Positions 13,088-28,000 of a DNA stretch of 64,000 bases are shown in pieces. The notes below the pieces were generated by a model. It ran no database searches, had not been told where the DNA came from, and saw only the letters and a program-made list of their open reading frames with translations. Position 1 is the stretch's first letter. The number at the start of each line of letters is the position of its first letter. The DNA comes from Phoronis australis (lineage: Eukaryota > Animalia > Phoronida), in NCBI GenBank assembly GCA_002633005.1, contig NMRA01000292.1, forward strand, positions 124,001-188,000, in the 5' to 3' direction. The position numbers and the translations under genes are program-made.

Positions 13088-16000
13088 TAAAGGATTTGTA
13101 CAGATAAAGATACTACCAATTGATGAATTTTGTCCAGATAAAAACCAGAATGCAACTGAACGATTAATCTGAATTATTTGAATCACTCCATAATTCCGAT
13201 GGTTTTCAGAGAGAAATTTTTTACTTTTTGAAAAAGTACTGCTTAGAGTCTATGATTAAAAGGAATTAGACAACTGTGAAAGTTTTTGTTTTAAAGCAAA
13301 ATCCGTACTTGTCATTTCTTGAAAAATATCAGTTCTAGAGTGATTAGGCTTTGATACATCCTATGCTGCAAATTCACTCAGTTTACTGGTTTCCGCCTAA
13401 GACTGACAAAATGTTTATGCCATGCAAATATGTGGTGACCTCTATAGAGTCTCAGTGGACTCTACTCACTGATTTTTATGCAATGATGTCATAACCATGT
13501 TTTGACTCCCTTCTATTACATTGAAGGGTGGTGGGAGATATCATGCTGAATGCTATTTCTTAGGTGCAACCGAACCACGAAACATGGCATACATGACAAG
13601 ACTTGGTCTCTGGGGTGTTGGTACTCCATTCAAAGAGTTCAATGACTTTATTCAGGCTGTGGAAAGAAGGTATGTGGTATATGTTAGTTGTCGAGTAGAG
13701 TAAGTGACACCATTTAACATGCACTTTTGTGTATGACTAGTTTAGGAAATGTTTATAAATCTAACCCTTAAGTCATGAAATGCTGGACATACAAGTATAA
13801 AATGATATTCATCTGCAATGTTATTTGGACAGAAAAGACATGCTATACTGCCTCCCAAAGTAACACTAAAAAATTACAAATCGGAAAGTTATATTCCCAA
13901 TATATTCAAACTTCTTGAGGGACATTCATCACAGCTTACTTGTAACGTAATCCATTATGCAATGATGACTTTCAGTTGTCCTGTGATGTCATTCCCAGAC
14001 AACCAATTCATACAGACTCTGGGAGCTAATTGTGTGTGTGTTGTTGGGGTGGGGGCACTCTAGTTGTCTCTTTAATGGTCTATGGGTTTGGAATGAAGGC
14101 ATATCTTTTGAGGACATGGTGTTATGGAGTTTAGAAAAGTCTAGTAGAAGTATACCTTTAAGTGCACCAGTACTCCAATCAGTTGTTGAATTGTGACTTG
14201 GACCAGTTGATTTTGGCACTAGAGTGTCTCTCCAGAATTTGACATTTCATTGCTATACAGTTGAAATTGGTGCTTTCAATTTTGGGTTGATTTCTACCAC
14301 ATGTGATACACATGCCTGTATTTGTGCAAGAAATAGCTTGAGTGATTCTTGTTGAACTTGTATTCAGAGGTGTTGGTGCTATGGAATTGGTTGCTATGGA
14401 CATGAAGCTACGCGGTATGTACATCGCCAGGCAGCTCAGTTTCCACGGCGTCACATTCAGGATTGAGGAGATTCCAGTGAGCAAAGATACCATCAAGGTG
14501 TACAACGCATCCGTCAAACTGGTAAGGCTGGTCTGTAGTGGAGGCGTATGGCGTTTTGTGCTTTCTGTTTCTATTTTTTTGGGACGTATGTGCAATCTTA
14601 TGGTATTGTTGAATTGATGAAACGGGTTGGATTTAAGTAACTATGCAATACTCTGGGTCTCCAGATGTTGCACACCAACTGAGATGAAATCAGATAATGC
14701 TCTATTTATGCATTTCTTCCTGTTCTGGGTTACATTGACTTGTTTTGCATGTTTCCAGTGGGTGGATGCTAGAGAGAAGTTTCAACTGGCCGCTGACCTC
14801 ATCGATGCTGAGAAACAGATGCGGAAGAGTATGTGGGGTCAGTTCTGGTCAGCGCACCAGCGCTTCTTCAAGTACCTTTGTATATCTGCCAAGGTGCCCT
14901 TTCTGGTGAAGCTGGCTCGTGAGGCTGTCAAGGATGACAAGGTAAGGATTACCAATGTACTCAGAGGTGACATGTAGAGTTGGAGTGCTCTATAGCTTTT
15001 TAAAACAAAGTTTTATGCAAGCTGATATATTGTACTTATTTGCAAATGACATTCTTTAAACACATCATCGTTTTTTTTTTGGTAGAATCCATGGTAAATG
15101 TGGATGTGATGCCTCTCTGTACGGTCCTTTTGTTTATTGTGAGGTGGCTTTGTTTTTCAGTGTGTTGTCATTGGTCTTCAGTCAACCGGGGAGGCACGAA
15201 CATTGGAACAGCTAGAAGAACAGGGGGAGTTGACTGACTTTGTTTCAACAGCTAAGTAGGTGACACTCAAGTACCTGGCCAATGAATCCAGGGTGTAAAC
15301 ATGTATTGCTCTTTTAACATAGCTGTACTGTTATGGAATCAAAGATAATGCATTCATTTCTGATTTCATTTCTGCAACTAAGTTGCTGTTAAGTGAATCA
15401 AAAAAATCGCAATTTATGATTTTCTCGCACTCTCGTCTGTGGCGATACGTGCAGTCCATTACTCAAGACATGCAGGTGACTTTGCAGGTTACTTTTAATA
15501 GTTATGGTTTGTTTTTTGTTCCTCGACAACAAAGAATGTTTTGTGTAGTGTTTATTATTATAATAAACTTAGGTAATTGTCACTTAAGGTTGCACAGAGA
15601 CATGAGTGCATTTTTGGGACACCCTATATAGGACAGTTGGAGATAGTTTCATGAGTGTTGCTGACATTGGTTGTTAATTTCTCTGTTTCTTGTAGGGGTG
15701 TTTTCCAATCTCTCGTAGAAAAGCATTTCCCTGCGCCTAATACTGGTAAAGTGTTTGATATGTTTGGTTTTGGCAAGAGCATATTTGATGAGCTGCGTGA
15801 CACACCGCCTTCGTCACCAAAGACTACGAGATCTGGCCAAAAAAGAAAGCGAGGTTTGTTTCAGAGCACATTTCAGTATCTCACACCTATGAGGACTTTC
15901 CTACTTCCTTGCCAAAGAAAATGAGTTCAGGTTTAATAGCCGGTTGATCTTAGAGGGGTATCTGGAGAAATTTTCTCCAAATGGGCAAATAAAAATTCAC

Positions 16001-19000
16001 TTGCAATTTGGTTCAAACTTCCAAATTTGATGGCATTTTTTTCCAAATACAATAAATACCTTTGGTTCACAATCATGCACACATCCGAGGATGGGCTCAA
16101 AATACTACAGGAATTAAACAGATGGGAGTTGGAATTGACCAACAAAAATGGGAAGGACCCAGTCCTCATGTAAGCACGTACGTGTTGTGATCACCTGCAT
16201 TTCTCTTAGCACAGGGGGAGTTTGTTCGCAGTTGAATACACGGCATATTCCTAGTTTTCCATTTGGCAGAAGAAAAGAAAGTAACACGTGGGATCTTTTG
16301 GGTGCTCTGATACATTTACCCAGTTGCCCCAGTTGTTTAATTCAGATGTCCATTTTCTCATTTGCGACTGTTGGCAACTACGTATGCGTCGTTTGTCAAG
16401 GCTAGGTCTTTGCACCATGGCATATGGAGTTTCCTTGTTTTGGCGACTTAATTTCCCATTTGGAGACACGTATGAATTTTGCCAAATGGCATTTGGTGAG
16501 TTCACGTTATGCTAAGTGTCGAGCCCTGTGAAGTCAACTCTACATCCATCGGCACGCAATGGGCTTTGATGTTTTTTGAAGCTACTATAAATTCAAATTT
16601 GCATGATTTTAATTTCGGCCTCCTAACCTCTGCTCAACTAGTAAATGAAGGTGAATATATTCTATGTAAGGGTATCTGATTATGTTTTTGTGTGACATTA
16701 TGATTAATAACAGAAGCTTTGATTGGCCAGTCTCTCTGACTCTTGTGACCCTGTTCCACCAAGAGAGTGTAAATATTTCGGTACGAGGAAAGTTCAAAAT
16801 ATTCAACAAGTTTGTTTGAAAAGGCAGAATCTGGTGGAAAATCTTTGAATTTGAAGTTAAGAGTTAAGCAACTAAATGTGAAATGGACTTTTGGCGAATG
16901 AGACCAGTCAGGTTGAAGTCACTACCAGGAATCTGAGGTTGTTGCATTTGGCGCGCTTGTGTTCACCACATCTGACACTGCATGGAAACTCGGACAACGT
17001 AAGTCGGGTCCACCCTGACTGAAGGAAGGAAAAGTTCATCTTAAGTGAAGGGCTGAGTGAATAAACTAGAACCATACCACAGAACTTTGTCCGAGTTGAG
17101 CAAAAATCTGATTCTGACATGTCTGACTTATGCAAGTTTTGTAAAAAATGTGCTGTGCCTTTTGATAGTGCAAACTAATATGTATACAAAAATGACTGCG
17201 TAAACTTAAATCTATGGCCATGTATTCGTGTAAGAAATATGATGAACCAAGTTCAATAATATTCTACCTATTTGCTTTGACTATTTCAAGGGTTTGTTTA
17301 ATCGTAGTAACTGTAACTATGGTTGTAGGTGATCGTAGTAAATGTAACTATGGTTGTAGGTGATCGTAGTAAATGTAACTATGGTTGTAGGTGATCGTAG
17401 TAAATGTAACTATGGTTGTAGGTGATCGTAGTAACTGTAACTATGGTTGTAGGTGATCGTAGTAACTGTAACTATGGTTGTAGGTGATCGTAGTAACTGT
17501 AACTATGGTTGTAGGTGATTGTAGTAACTGTAACTATGGTTGTAGGTGATCGTAGTAACTGTAACTATGGTTGTAGGTGATCGGAAAGCTAAGAAAGGCA
17601 AGAAGAAGTACAAAGAAGCAAATGGAAAAGCATCTGAAAGTGACAGTGAATTCTGTCCATCTTCAGATGAATCATCAGATAGTTCATTGTCCGATGAAAG
17701 TTTATCAGAAAACGAAGACGATTTCAATCCATTTGGCAGCGGGTCCGATAGTGACACTGGTTTGTATTTTTTTATTTCAACTGAATATGTTTTCAAATTT
17801 AAGAGTTACCTAGGCAACAAATAATTTTAAAAATTTTGTTTTATTTTTGTACAACATTTCTTGTCAAAATAGAGTTTTTGTATTTAAAAAACACTAAACA
17901 TTCCTGCTTATTCTTCAAAGCTGTACTTTCAGATTCTTGGATACAAAAACCACGGAAGCTGAAAAAAGCAAAAAAGTCAAAACCAAAGAAAGACAAGGAC
18001 TCATTCGACGACAAGTTTGACCGAGCGTTAGAGGCAGCTGGTCTGAAGGCAAGCAATAAACCAGTCACCAGGGAAAACTCCAGTTCTAGTCTCAGTTCTT
18101 TACAAGGTATAGTCCTTGGTACCAGTCAAATGTAGCCATGGGGGATACTGAGTGACCCTTTCCCGTTTCTGCAGTCAGTTGAAGCTCCTTCAGTATAATA
18201 TTTCTTCATGTTTTGTCCTAAAAATGAAGAATTTTCTTAACACGGCACTCCTTTTTTAGTCACAGCATTAGTGGCTGTTAAGTGCAAGTGGAATGCTTTG
18301 TTTAACAAAATGTGTCTTAAAGAAAACTTGCTGCTGAAATGCATTTAATTGCATTGTATAAAATAAAGTGTGGGATGTTGTCTTTATTGTATGGTTTACA
18401 CTGAAGTTGTTTGATTGATTGGTTAATATTTTTGTCTGTGGTTCTTCTTTATGTGGACAAAATTGTGATAATGATACTACACATTTGAAACTGATAGTAT
18501 TTCAATACTGATTTCAAAGAGCATAAGAATTTTTGGAAAAATAAATAAGGTCCACATTTTAAGTTATCGTTTGGTGGAGTGTTACAAGACTCTCGTTGGG
18601 GGCTGGTGAAATTAAAGATCTTTATAGCTTTGTATCATTAATTCTGTGGTCAGCATGTGCAAACTTGTAAAACACATTTATCCATGTCAGTCATAAATGA
18701 TTATGTACTCTAGCACAATCTTGAGCTTACATAAAAGGAATAAAAACCCGCAAAAATAATTTTGAGTTTGATTTTGAGTAGAAAGATTAAACCCTGACCT
18801 TGCTGTAAGGTTACTATTAAGTGCTATCATTTGTAGGTGCTCGTACTAACCCGTTGGCTGGTACCCCTGATGGTCGAGAGAAGGCCCAGGCTCTCAAGCA
18901 GGAGCTGCTGGACTCTCTGGAGGTGCTCGGTGACAAACTGCCTCCAAATACATTGGACGAACTCATAGACAGTCTTGGAGGCACAGAAAACGTGGCAGAG

Positions 19001-22000
19001 GTTGGTCTTTTCTATCATATTGGGTTATTGCACTCTCATGCCTAGCAAAAATTTGCCACTCCTTGAAGCTCTCCACGTATAAATACATTTCTGCTGTTTT
19101 CACTGTTTCAAACTCAGAATGCTTCTTCACCCAGAAGTTTGATTCAGAATTTCATTATTCTGTTCCTTTGGCTAAGTCTTTAGGATATGGGTTTATTCAA
19201 TTCTTTCTTTAAAGAGTCAATTCAATACCAATTACAGGCTCATCCTAAAAATTTGCTCAACATTTCTTTGGCCTACTCTAAATTTCGTCCAATTGTTTTT
19301 ATGACTTCTCTTGTTGTGTAAATGTTGCTAACAATCAAATAGCCTAACAGTCTTGTATCTGCTTCCAAAAACCTATTGTCCCAAATATAACCTAACTTGC
19401 CATAAAAAATTAGTGTGCTCTATCAGCAAAGCTGCTGACTTGATTATCAGAAGCCATTTTCTCACACTTTATCCTCCATGCTTCAGATGACCGGCCGTAA
19501 GGGGCGTGTGGTAACGACGGAAGATGGTAATGTCCAGTACGAGAGCCGGAGTGAGTTTGACGTACCCCTGGAGACACTGAACCTCACGGAGAAACAGCGC
19601 TTTATGGACGGTGAAAAAGTACGTGAAAACTGCATGTGGCATTAAAGTTAAAGTTGTTCTCTGATGTGTCAATATTTTTGGCTTACTTCTAAGAACCAAT
19701 TAAATTTTGAGGAAATCGCGGAAAGTTGGGGATCATTTTGTTGGTTAATTTTCATTAAATGCTTAAATTCAGTGCTCTAATCACGTGTTTGTATCATTAA
19801 CTATTTTGAACAAAGCATCGCTGATACTATAGCGACTGCACGACTACATCAATTTGTGCGCATGTTTCAGCAACAAAACGTTAACGACAGGTTATCATCT
19901 CTACAAGGAAGGCATGCTTCTCGAGGATTTGTGTTGCTACTTCAATGATGGCTTTTGGAAACAATATATTATACCTAAGAAGGCATTACCTGTTTAATCG
20001 TCTCACTGAGCATGCTCCTGTTGTAGAATATTGCTATAATCTCTGAGGCGGCTAGCTCAGGCATCTCCCTGCAAGCTGACCGCCGGGCTGTCAACCAACG
20101 GCGGAGAGTGCACCTTACACTGGAACTGCCATGGAGTGCTGACCGGGCCATTCAGCAATTTGGTGAGTGTGGCGAGGCAATGAATGTTGGGTGATTGTGG
20201 TTAGAATAGTTGCATTTTAAAATGGTGATATCAACCCTAGTCCTGCTAACCCCGGGCTTCTCCGGTTTCAACATTCCAGTCTGTCTGGCTAACCCCGAAG
20301 GTCTCCGGTTGCCTAGCACTGATCTAAGTAGGTCAAACTCAATTAAAAAATAACGGCCAATCAGAAAATTTAAAAGGGTCTAGTTAGGCTGGGTTGCTTC
20401 AGACAAGTCATAAGGTCCTAAGTATTCATGAAAGACTGTTTGTGATTGGCTAATTGAGCAAGATTGGTCTAGGATTCCATATTGAGCATGGGATTTTCCA
20501 GTCTTCCTGCACACCGGTAACTTATCTTGACTTACCTGTTGTTCTGAGGCCTGTTGTTTGAAATGGACAGTTGATACTGATTTCAGAACACTTCTACCCT
20601 TGTTTTAATTGACATATGTTCATATTTTTTGGTTATTTGTGTTTATTTGCATGAGATGAGAATATTGAAAACTGCTGTATTTTACACCATTACCGGTGTT
20701 CCATTGGTCATCAGCAGCATATATCATAATTGTCCACCTAATTAATATGATAAAGATGAATCTGATTTTATGAGCTTCACAATGATGTGTAATACATGGT
20801 ATATAAATCAAACTGGTTTGTTAAATCTTTGATTAAAACAATCGAGTGTGTTAATATTGAGCTTGACCTAAAAATGGTCAGGACACAGTTTACAGTGTAT
20901 AGCACTACAAGGGTTAATAAGATAATAATTATGTTTACTTAGTGATCGTATTGCTTTGATTCATTACTTTCACCAATAAAATACTGTACCAACACCAACT
21001 GTTCTACTAATACTTTTTTCTTAAACATCAATTCCTGTGCCCTGTTTTTAATACTTACTATGTGGAGGATGGGATAACTTTGTTGCTTCAAGTTTAAAAG
21101 AATACCGGTTAATGACCTTTTTGGACTTGTGTTTACAAGACTGGTCTATGAGTAGACAGTAATACGTATCACGTCTTCACTTCAGGGCGAACTCATCGTT
21201 CTAATCAAGTCAATGCTCCCGAGTACGTGTTCCTGATTTCTGAACTGGCGGGTGAGAGGAGATTTGCGTCCACAGTAGCAAAGAGATTAGAAAGTCTAGT
21301 GAGTATCTTAGGCATACATATAGGAGATGGTTGTCAAGCTCGACTTTGAGCTAATTGCAATAGAATTGTCTGCTACACTGCCTGCTGGTCACTCTAAGTT
21401 TACTTGCAAGTATCTTGTGTCTAAGAAACGCAGCCCAGATTTTCATTGTCATTCAACACATCCCATGATGCCCTTGTACGTTCTTTTGTGTTCTCACAGT
21501 GCTAGAGAGTTATATGTAGAGCGTTTCCAGTTGTCAAGTTTTATTCCAGGGTGCTTTAACTCATGGGGATCGACGCGCTACAGAGTCTCGTGATCTCAGC
21601 CGATTTAACTTTGATAATAAGGTGAGCAGTTTCATCTATAGTATACACATGCATTGACTAGGTTGTGTTTATACTCTATTGATGGTATTAAGGTTGTAAG
21701 TCTGAAAATGAGGAAATTTGACCAACTTTGGAGCATCATATCTCATCGGTTGTTGCGATTCAAATAAAACTTTCCAGTTAGTATGATTTATGCACCGTTT
21801 TCAAAAGCATTTTTAGGAATTGCTTCTCAAGTTTTGTTCGTAACCTTCTGCCAGAATTGGAACTTAATGGTTTCGATGAGTAAATTTTACTGTGCATGAA
21901 ACAGAAATTTAGGATAATGAGACAACCTTTTTGAACCTTCACGTTGAATAAATTAAATCAAAGGAAATTCGTCACTTTCACTTGGAATTCGTGCAATGGA

Positions 22001-25000
22001 GTATTTAGTCAATCTTGATCTCAAGTTATGTAGACTAGTGTAAGTCTTGCCACATAGCTCACGTTTTTGTTGCACAATTCACAAAACTATAGAATTTTAA
22101 TTTTTTTACATGTTTAGTACGGTCGTGTTGCACTAGAGGGCGTCATGAAATCAGTCGTAGATCTGGAAACTTCCATTGTTCCTCCTCCTAAGAAATACTC
22201 CGGCGACTTCGTTCAAGGTGAGGATTATCTTTACACACTTTCACAGTGCTATGAAAGTTAGAACTGTGGAATGTTGTTTATCATTAGCTTCTCATTGGTT
22301 AAAGTAATGAAACCGACGTCATAACATTCAGTCATTCCCATTGGATGAAATCTGGTAAACCCCAGATGGTGATCACCTTTGACTTGAGTAGTTACAATTT
22401 ATTAAAACGGGTAGAGATCAAAGTAAACAAAATCAAGGGGTCCCCAATCCCATGGTTAAGCCCAAACACGTTCAGTGCATAGAAGGCATGTGCAATGGTG
22501 GCGATGTGATCGATTAACTTCCGACCAAGCCATGCGCGTTTATGCCCACAAACGGAATTCCATGTGTCTTTCATCATGTTTCCATAGGGCCACTTTTCAG
22601 TATAGGTGGCGCTGTGTCAGAGGGTAGATTGTCTTCTGTAGTCTTGTAAGAGTGTATACAGTTATTATTGATTTCTAACAAATGAATAATGGTTACAACG
22701 TACAACGCTCACGTGAGGAAGCATAAGACATTCAAGGTACAATAATCTCCACGGCCTTTTTGGGCAAAATAATATATTTTCTAGAACAGTTATAAACAAC
22801 AATCCTGAAAGTTTTTCGATATAAGACGATGCTGTATAAGGCCAATCATTACGTTTCTTGTTTTCTGCCAATCAGCCGTGACCACAGTGATATTCATAAG
22901 TGCGGTTAGAATCTGGAATGAGTATAGTGCTAGTCCCGGTCAAAATTGGTTGGCTAAAACCATTCCATGAAAATATTGAATAAGTAATACAGCAAAAGAA
23001 AACCATGATGAATGTGCGTTATTGGTGAAATAATGAATTTCCCCGAGAACACTAAAAAATGCCATACAAGGGCCATAATTGCATATGAGGTCATGTGTTC
23101 TGTTTTCATTTTTGGTTGGACCATTTACCACTTTATTATTACTTGTGCAATGTATTTACTGGACAGGTTTGAATTTATTGCTGATCATGATACCGGTTTG
23201 TTCTGACCAATGGATAATGGCCATTCTAGCAAAACTGGAAGTGTACGTTCAATACTCCTATTATTGTTTGAACTCTGCAAACACTGCTAAGATGAGAGGG
23301 AGACTTTTAGAAAGCAATGGAGGCTGATCATGTGGGTTAGGTGGCATGTTTGTCACCACCTGGCTGTACCAGGAAGTACATTTTGGTAGCTGCTGCCATA
23401 GAGGAACGCTTTTACTTCAAGAAAAGACTTTTTTTACTGTGTATGAATTTAGAAGTGTGGAGTTTTAAAAACTAAAGTTAAAGGCCGCTAGTATCTGGTC
23501 CCATGCATTCAGCCACCCTGTTGCTTCTTGAAAGTCTCCCATGCATTCAGCCACCCTGTTGCTTCTTGAAAGTCTCCCATTATAATGGGGGTATCCTCGT
23601 TGCAGGCCGTGCTTCTAAATACAGTGTTCTGATTTTGTTAAGAAGTAACTGACAACCTTCCGGTCATTTGTTTTTCAAAATTCGATATTGACATATTGTG
23701 TAGCATTATGTCTGTATTTTTGATTTCTACTACTAACATTTCTTTAAATGTATTTTTATGCACCTGATATGCAAGTTGTTTGGTACTACTGATTGATAAT
23801 TGCGTGTTAAATCTTTATCTGTCATTTTCAGTCCCTTTAATTTTTGATGCTTTCAGAACTTTTAAATGCAAATTTCTTTTTTAATAGTCATTGGGTCGAT
23901 TCTCCTGAAAATTTTCTCACTTATTTTACCAATTTAGTGGTCTGTGGTAGAAGTAACTTTAGATTTTTGATTTTCCTTCGAACAACAGAGATATCAAAAA
24001 TTAAAACTTACGACCAGGTTTTAAAAAGAGACTCTGGATTGTTTGAGGGTAAATCAAAATTCTGAGACACGGTGCCCTGCAAATTGACAGCAAGAATATA
24101 TAGTTCAAACATGAAGTCACCTGCATTTAAAGTGTTCAGTAAATTCATAAAAATTTGAAGAATATTCATGGTTCATAAATACAGCATTGATATACCCTTT
24201 GATCAGAAGGTAATATATGGTTACTTGTCAAGACGGTTAATCAGCCTTCTTGTCATCCAAACAGCAGATCTTACTGTGAGAAGCCCACGTCATTGACACG
24301 ATTTTTGATTAGGCTTCGTTCACCCATATGACTGGGCAGAGTATTACCATTTTGGACATTAATGAACTTTGCTATTTAATACTAATGCAACAGATACCGG
24401 TAGTACGCCTTTGTGAACTTGTTTTGTCTGATCTGCTTCTAATCAGGCATTCTATTTGGCTTGTTATAGAACAACACATCTGAATGTGGTATAAGTAACC
24501 AAACATTATTTATGTATACACAACTTGTCAATCAAGTTCCAGGTACAAAAACCCATTCTCACTAAGCTATGTTCAGTTGTAACCAAGACTGTGATACCTT
24601 AGGTTTCCTGGCACAGGATTCCTTTTAAGTATTTTTTGACAGTGGTTGTTGAGCATTAAAAATGGTCTATGTAGTATTGGCTTTGTAGCTTCATACCCAG
24701 TTCTGTCTTAGCTGTGATTGAACTATAGCCTTTGGTAAAACAAGGTATAGGTTTTGAAAACCGTTCGATTTCAAGTCTTTTGCAAAGTAGGCTCCAGAAA
24801 TTGTCCTCAGCATTTTAAGCACACAAGGGATTCAGAACTCTTTTGTTCAATAATTGACCGAGGACTGTTGTGTAAAACTAATCTTCTGTTTGAAAGTTGA
24901 CAGATGACCCAATTCCGTTACATCATTACTTACTGGAGAGCAAGTATTAAGTCTGTAATATTTTAGCCATTGCTTGTTTTCCGGTATTAATTAATTTTGT

Positions 25001-28000
25001 GCATTTTAAAATCTTTTGAAAATTGATTCATTTTTGGACTTTGCTTTTTATTTTTAAGTGAAGTTACCGTAAAACCTGCAAGTACAAAAGGCACTCAGAA
25101 ATCGAGAGTGAGGTGTTTTCGTATATAAGTGACTCATAAGGATACCGCAGTTTGAAAATACTACCCATGTCGATTTGGAGGTTGTAAATTTTATTAGATA
25201 GTATTACTAAATTGATTGAAAAAGGGTAATAGTTACTTTGAGAGGTCCTGCTTTTTGAGAACCAATTTTCTCCACTGAATAATTGGCATCAGACTGGTTC
25301 TTAAAATGCGGGACCTCTGCAGATGACTGTTGGTGGTACCCACTCCTACAATCGTAGATCTGCTTGGGTAACTATCATTGGTCATTTTGCCCATGGAGTT
25401 ATCTCCCCATTGTATGCTAAACTTTGTCATGTTGTATTCTTGAATACCAATGTACAATAGGCTACTTATTAATTAGTGTTTAGGTTGACCAGTTTCCTTT
25501 TTGGAATTATGATTTTTGGACAAAACCTGTAAGTTGGAAGAAAGCATGAAGATGGCCTTGTTTCAAGCTTTGGCAATGTAAAATGAGAGAAAGTTCTTCT
25601 GTCAGATATATGAGAATCTGAAGCAAGATAATTCGAAAAGCTGCAATGCAATGGCAAGGAAAAATTGCCGGAGCTGTACAGTCAAGTGACCTAATTATCG
25701 GACGTTTTGGCACATTTTGCATTTTATTTAATTGAAAATACTACGAATTGTTGTAAATTCTTGGCTGAAATAAAGACACAGAATTATTCTGTTACTATAT
25801 CTTGTCACCGAAAGCCACATTTATGTTGACTGATCTTTAAAAAACACAAATAACAAACCTTCCGAGAACCTAAATATCGGACACCGAGTTTTCCCATACG
25901 CCACACCGCGGAAAACTGACTAACCAAGTAATGGTCGCGTGCACCTTGAAGCCAAATTTCAGCTCAAGTGTTTTGACATATATGCTGCTAGAACGAAGCT
26001 CCATTCACAGCAAAATTATCCATAAAATGAAATCTGATGATAGTGCCAAGACGTTTCGATCTAAAGCACGGGCAAACTCAATGCAGTTTTTAGTATCTCC
26101 GTCTTTGCCTACTTGATATGACACCAGGGTTTGACTTGAGTTAAAAAGCAAACAAAAAATGAAACAGTGATGTATTGTCACTTCAATGAGATGATTTCAG
26201 TGTGGAAAAAGATTTTGTTATCAACTTTTACGACCGATTTGAGGGTTTAAATTGCACTCTCTCTCGGTGAAATCAAAACAAGGCAACGCCAGGAAAAAAC
26301 AAGACAGTGCTGCACATTGAATTTATTACAGCGGAACAAAGATTGGTGTCATTTATTTCTCAGATTACGCTTCAAGTACGATTTTATGTAATGTCCGATA
26401 TTTAGTCCGTCCGATAATTAGGTACACTGTGTACAGTTTGTTGGGTGACTGTTTGCAGCCTAAGATACTGTGAATAACATGAGCTCAGTAAAACCTAACA
26501 AAAAGTCATTAGAAACAGTCTTCTTCGAACAAACTAGTACTAAACCATTGCTGGTATTTAGTTATTTTGGTGCTAGATTTTTGGAGTGATCATTTGTGTT
26601 CACATATGGTGGACAATTGCTCTACATTTTGGTAGAACTAGAAGGTTTATGTTGAGAGTGGAAAATTAATGTTATGTAGTACCTTATCGACAAGTCTGTC
26701 AAATATCTGACAAACTATAGATTTTATTTCCGTAAAAGTATATATTGGTATTCCTGAAAACGATTACTCATTCAATGTCATAATTATTCTGTCAAACGAC
26801 ACTCGGACATGCAATCCCGTACGAGATTGCTTGTTGTCAAACCCAGAAGTCTGAGACTGAGTTGAAAAGTCCACCGGAACCTCACGACAGGAAGCATTCT
26901 CAATAAAAAGCCAGTTTTAACAATTACCAGCTAACTATAAGATGAAAAGTTGACATCTATTTCCGACCAGTAACAAAGTTAAAACAATCTGCCCGGATCG
27001 TCGAAATACTAAGTACTAAAAATCAGGAAGTTAACTGTTTTGTTATTACCTCCCCTGTCACCCTGATTTGCCCCCTCTCTTGACAGAACGGATAACTATA
27101 GTCTGCAAATTGGCGCGTTTAAAAAATAACCTCTTTATTCATTATGAAAAAAGGGATCAAACTACGATTCGAGTGTTATAAAATGTTAAAATTTGAAATA
27201 AAATTGTTATTATGTTCTTATATTTAAATTGTAGCAAGTCTACTGACGTCTGTACGAGTTGTATAGCTTAATTTGAGAGTGTGTTGTCAGGTGAAGCAGA
27301 GTGGCGCAGTGGAAGCGTGCTGGGCCCATAACCCAGAGGTCCGAGGATCGAAACCTTGCTCTGCTAAAATTTTTTCTTTTTGTTTCGCGATTTCTGGAAT
27401 GTTCTAATGCAACTGGAATATAAAACAGCAAGGATAGTTGCCATTCCACTTACTCTTGAATTATTTTCAGATGCACGAAAAGCATTTGTTGGAGTTGGAC
27501 TCATTACCATGGATCTACGCATGAACATTCCTTTGTTAGAAAAAGGTAAAGAGAATACCATTTGTACATAGATATTTTGTGGCAGTGCCCGCAGACAAGA
27601 GAGAACTGATCTGGATTGACAGGTCATTGATATTGTAATAGCTATATAAATTTATTAGTTCAAAAATAATTTTGCCATCAAAATAAGCAGTATTTGTTAT
27701 TGTTTGTTGTTGTGCTATGCTCAAATGTATTGTGGCGTCTGTGTTAGACTATTAGGTTTATTCATTATTTTGTCTTTTAATTTTATTAATAATTTCATTT
27801 GAATTTTGACTAATCTAGAACTAAAATCTTACTTTAAAAAATTCATAGACAAGGTTTTGTTAAGGCTGATCATTCATAAGACTGCATCAATACATTTTTT
27901 CTGATTGTATAATTTTTAAATTTTGATGACTATGGACGACTACTGTTAACTCTTAGTGGGTGAATAATTGTTTTTCTCTTTTTGATGTGTTTATTCTGTT

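Noticed and set aside
12880-13186. CVCVCV ORFs
   Set aside because: Translation of the (CA)38 microsatellite
15928-16527. Possible further hAT-like MITEs (also about 49805-50370 and 63690-63770)
   Set aside because: Subterminal TTGGCGAC-like motifs are present, but TIRs and TSDs are too degenerate to call
17301-17583. 31-bp repeats of CRISPR-like length
   Set aside because: Head-to-tail units with no spacers, no cas genes, and a eukaryotic intron context
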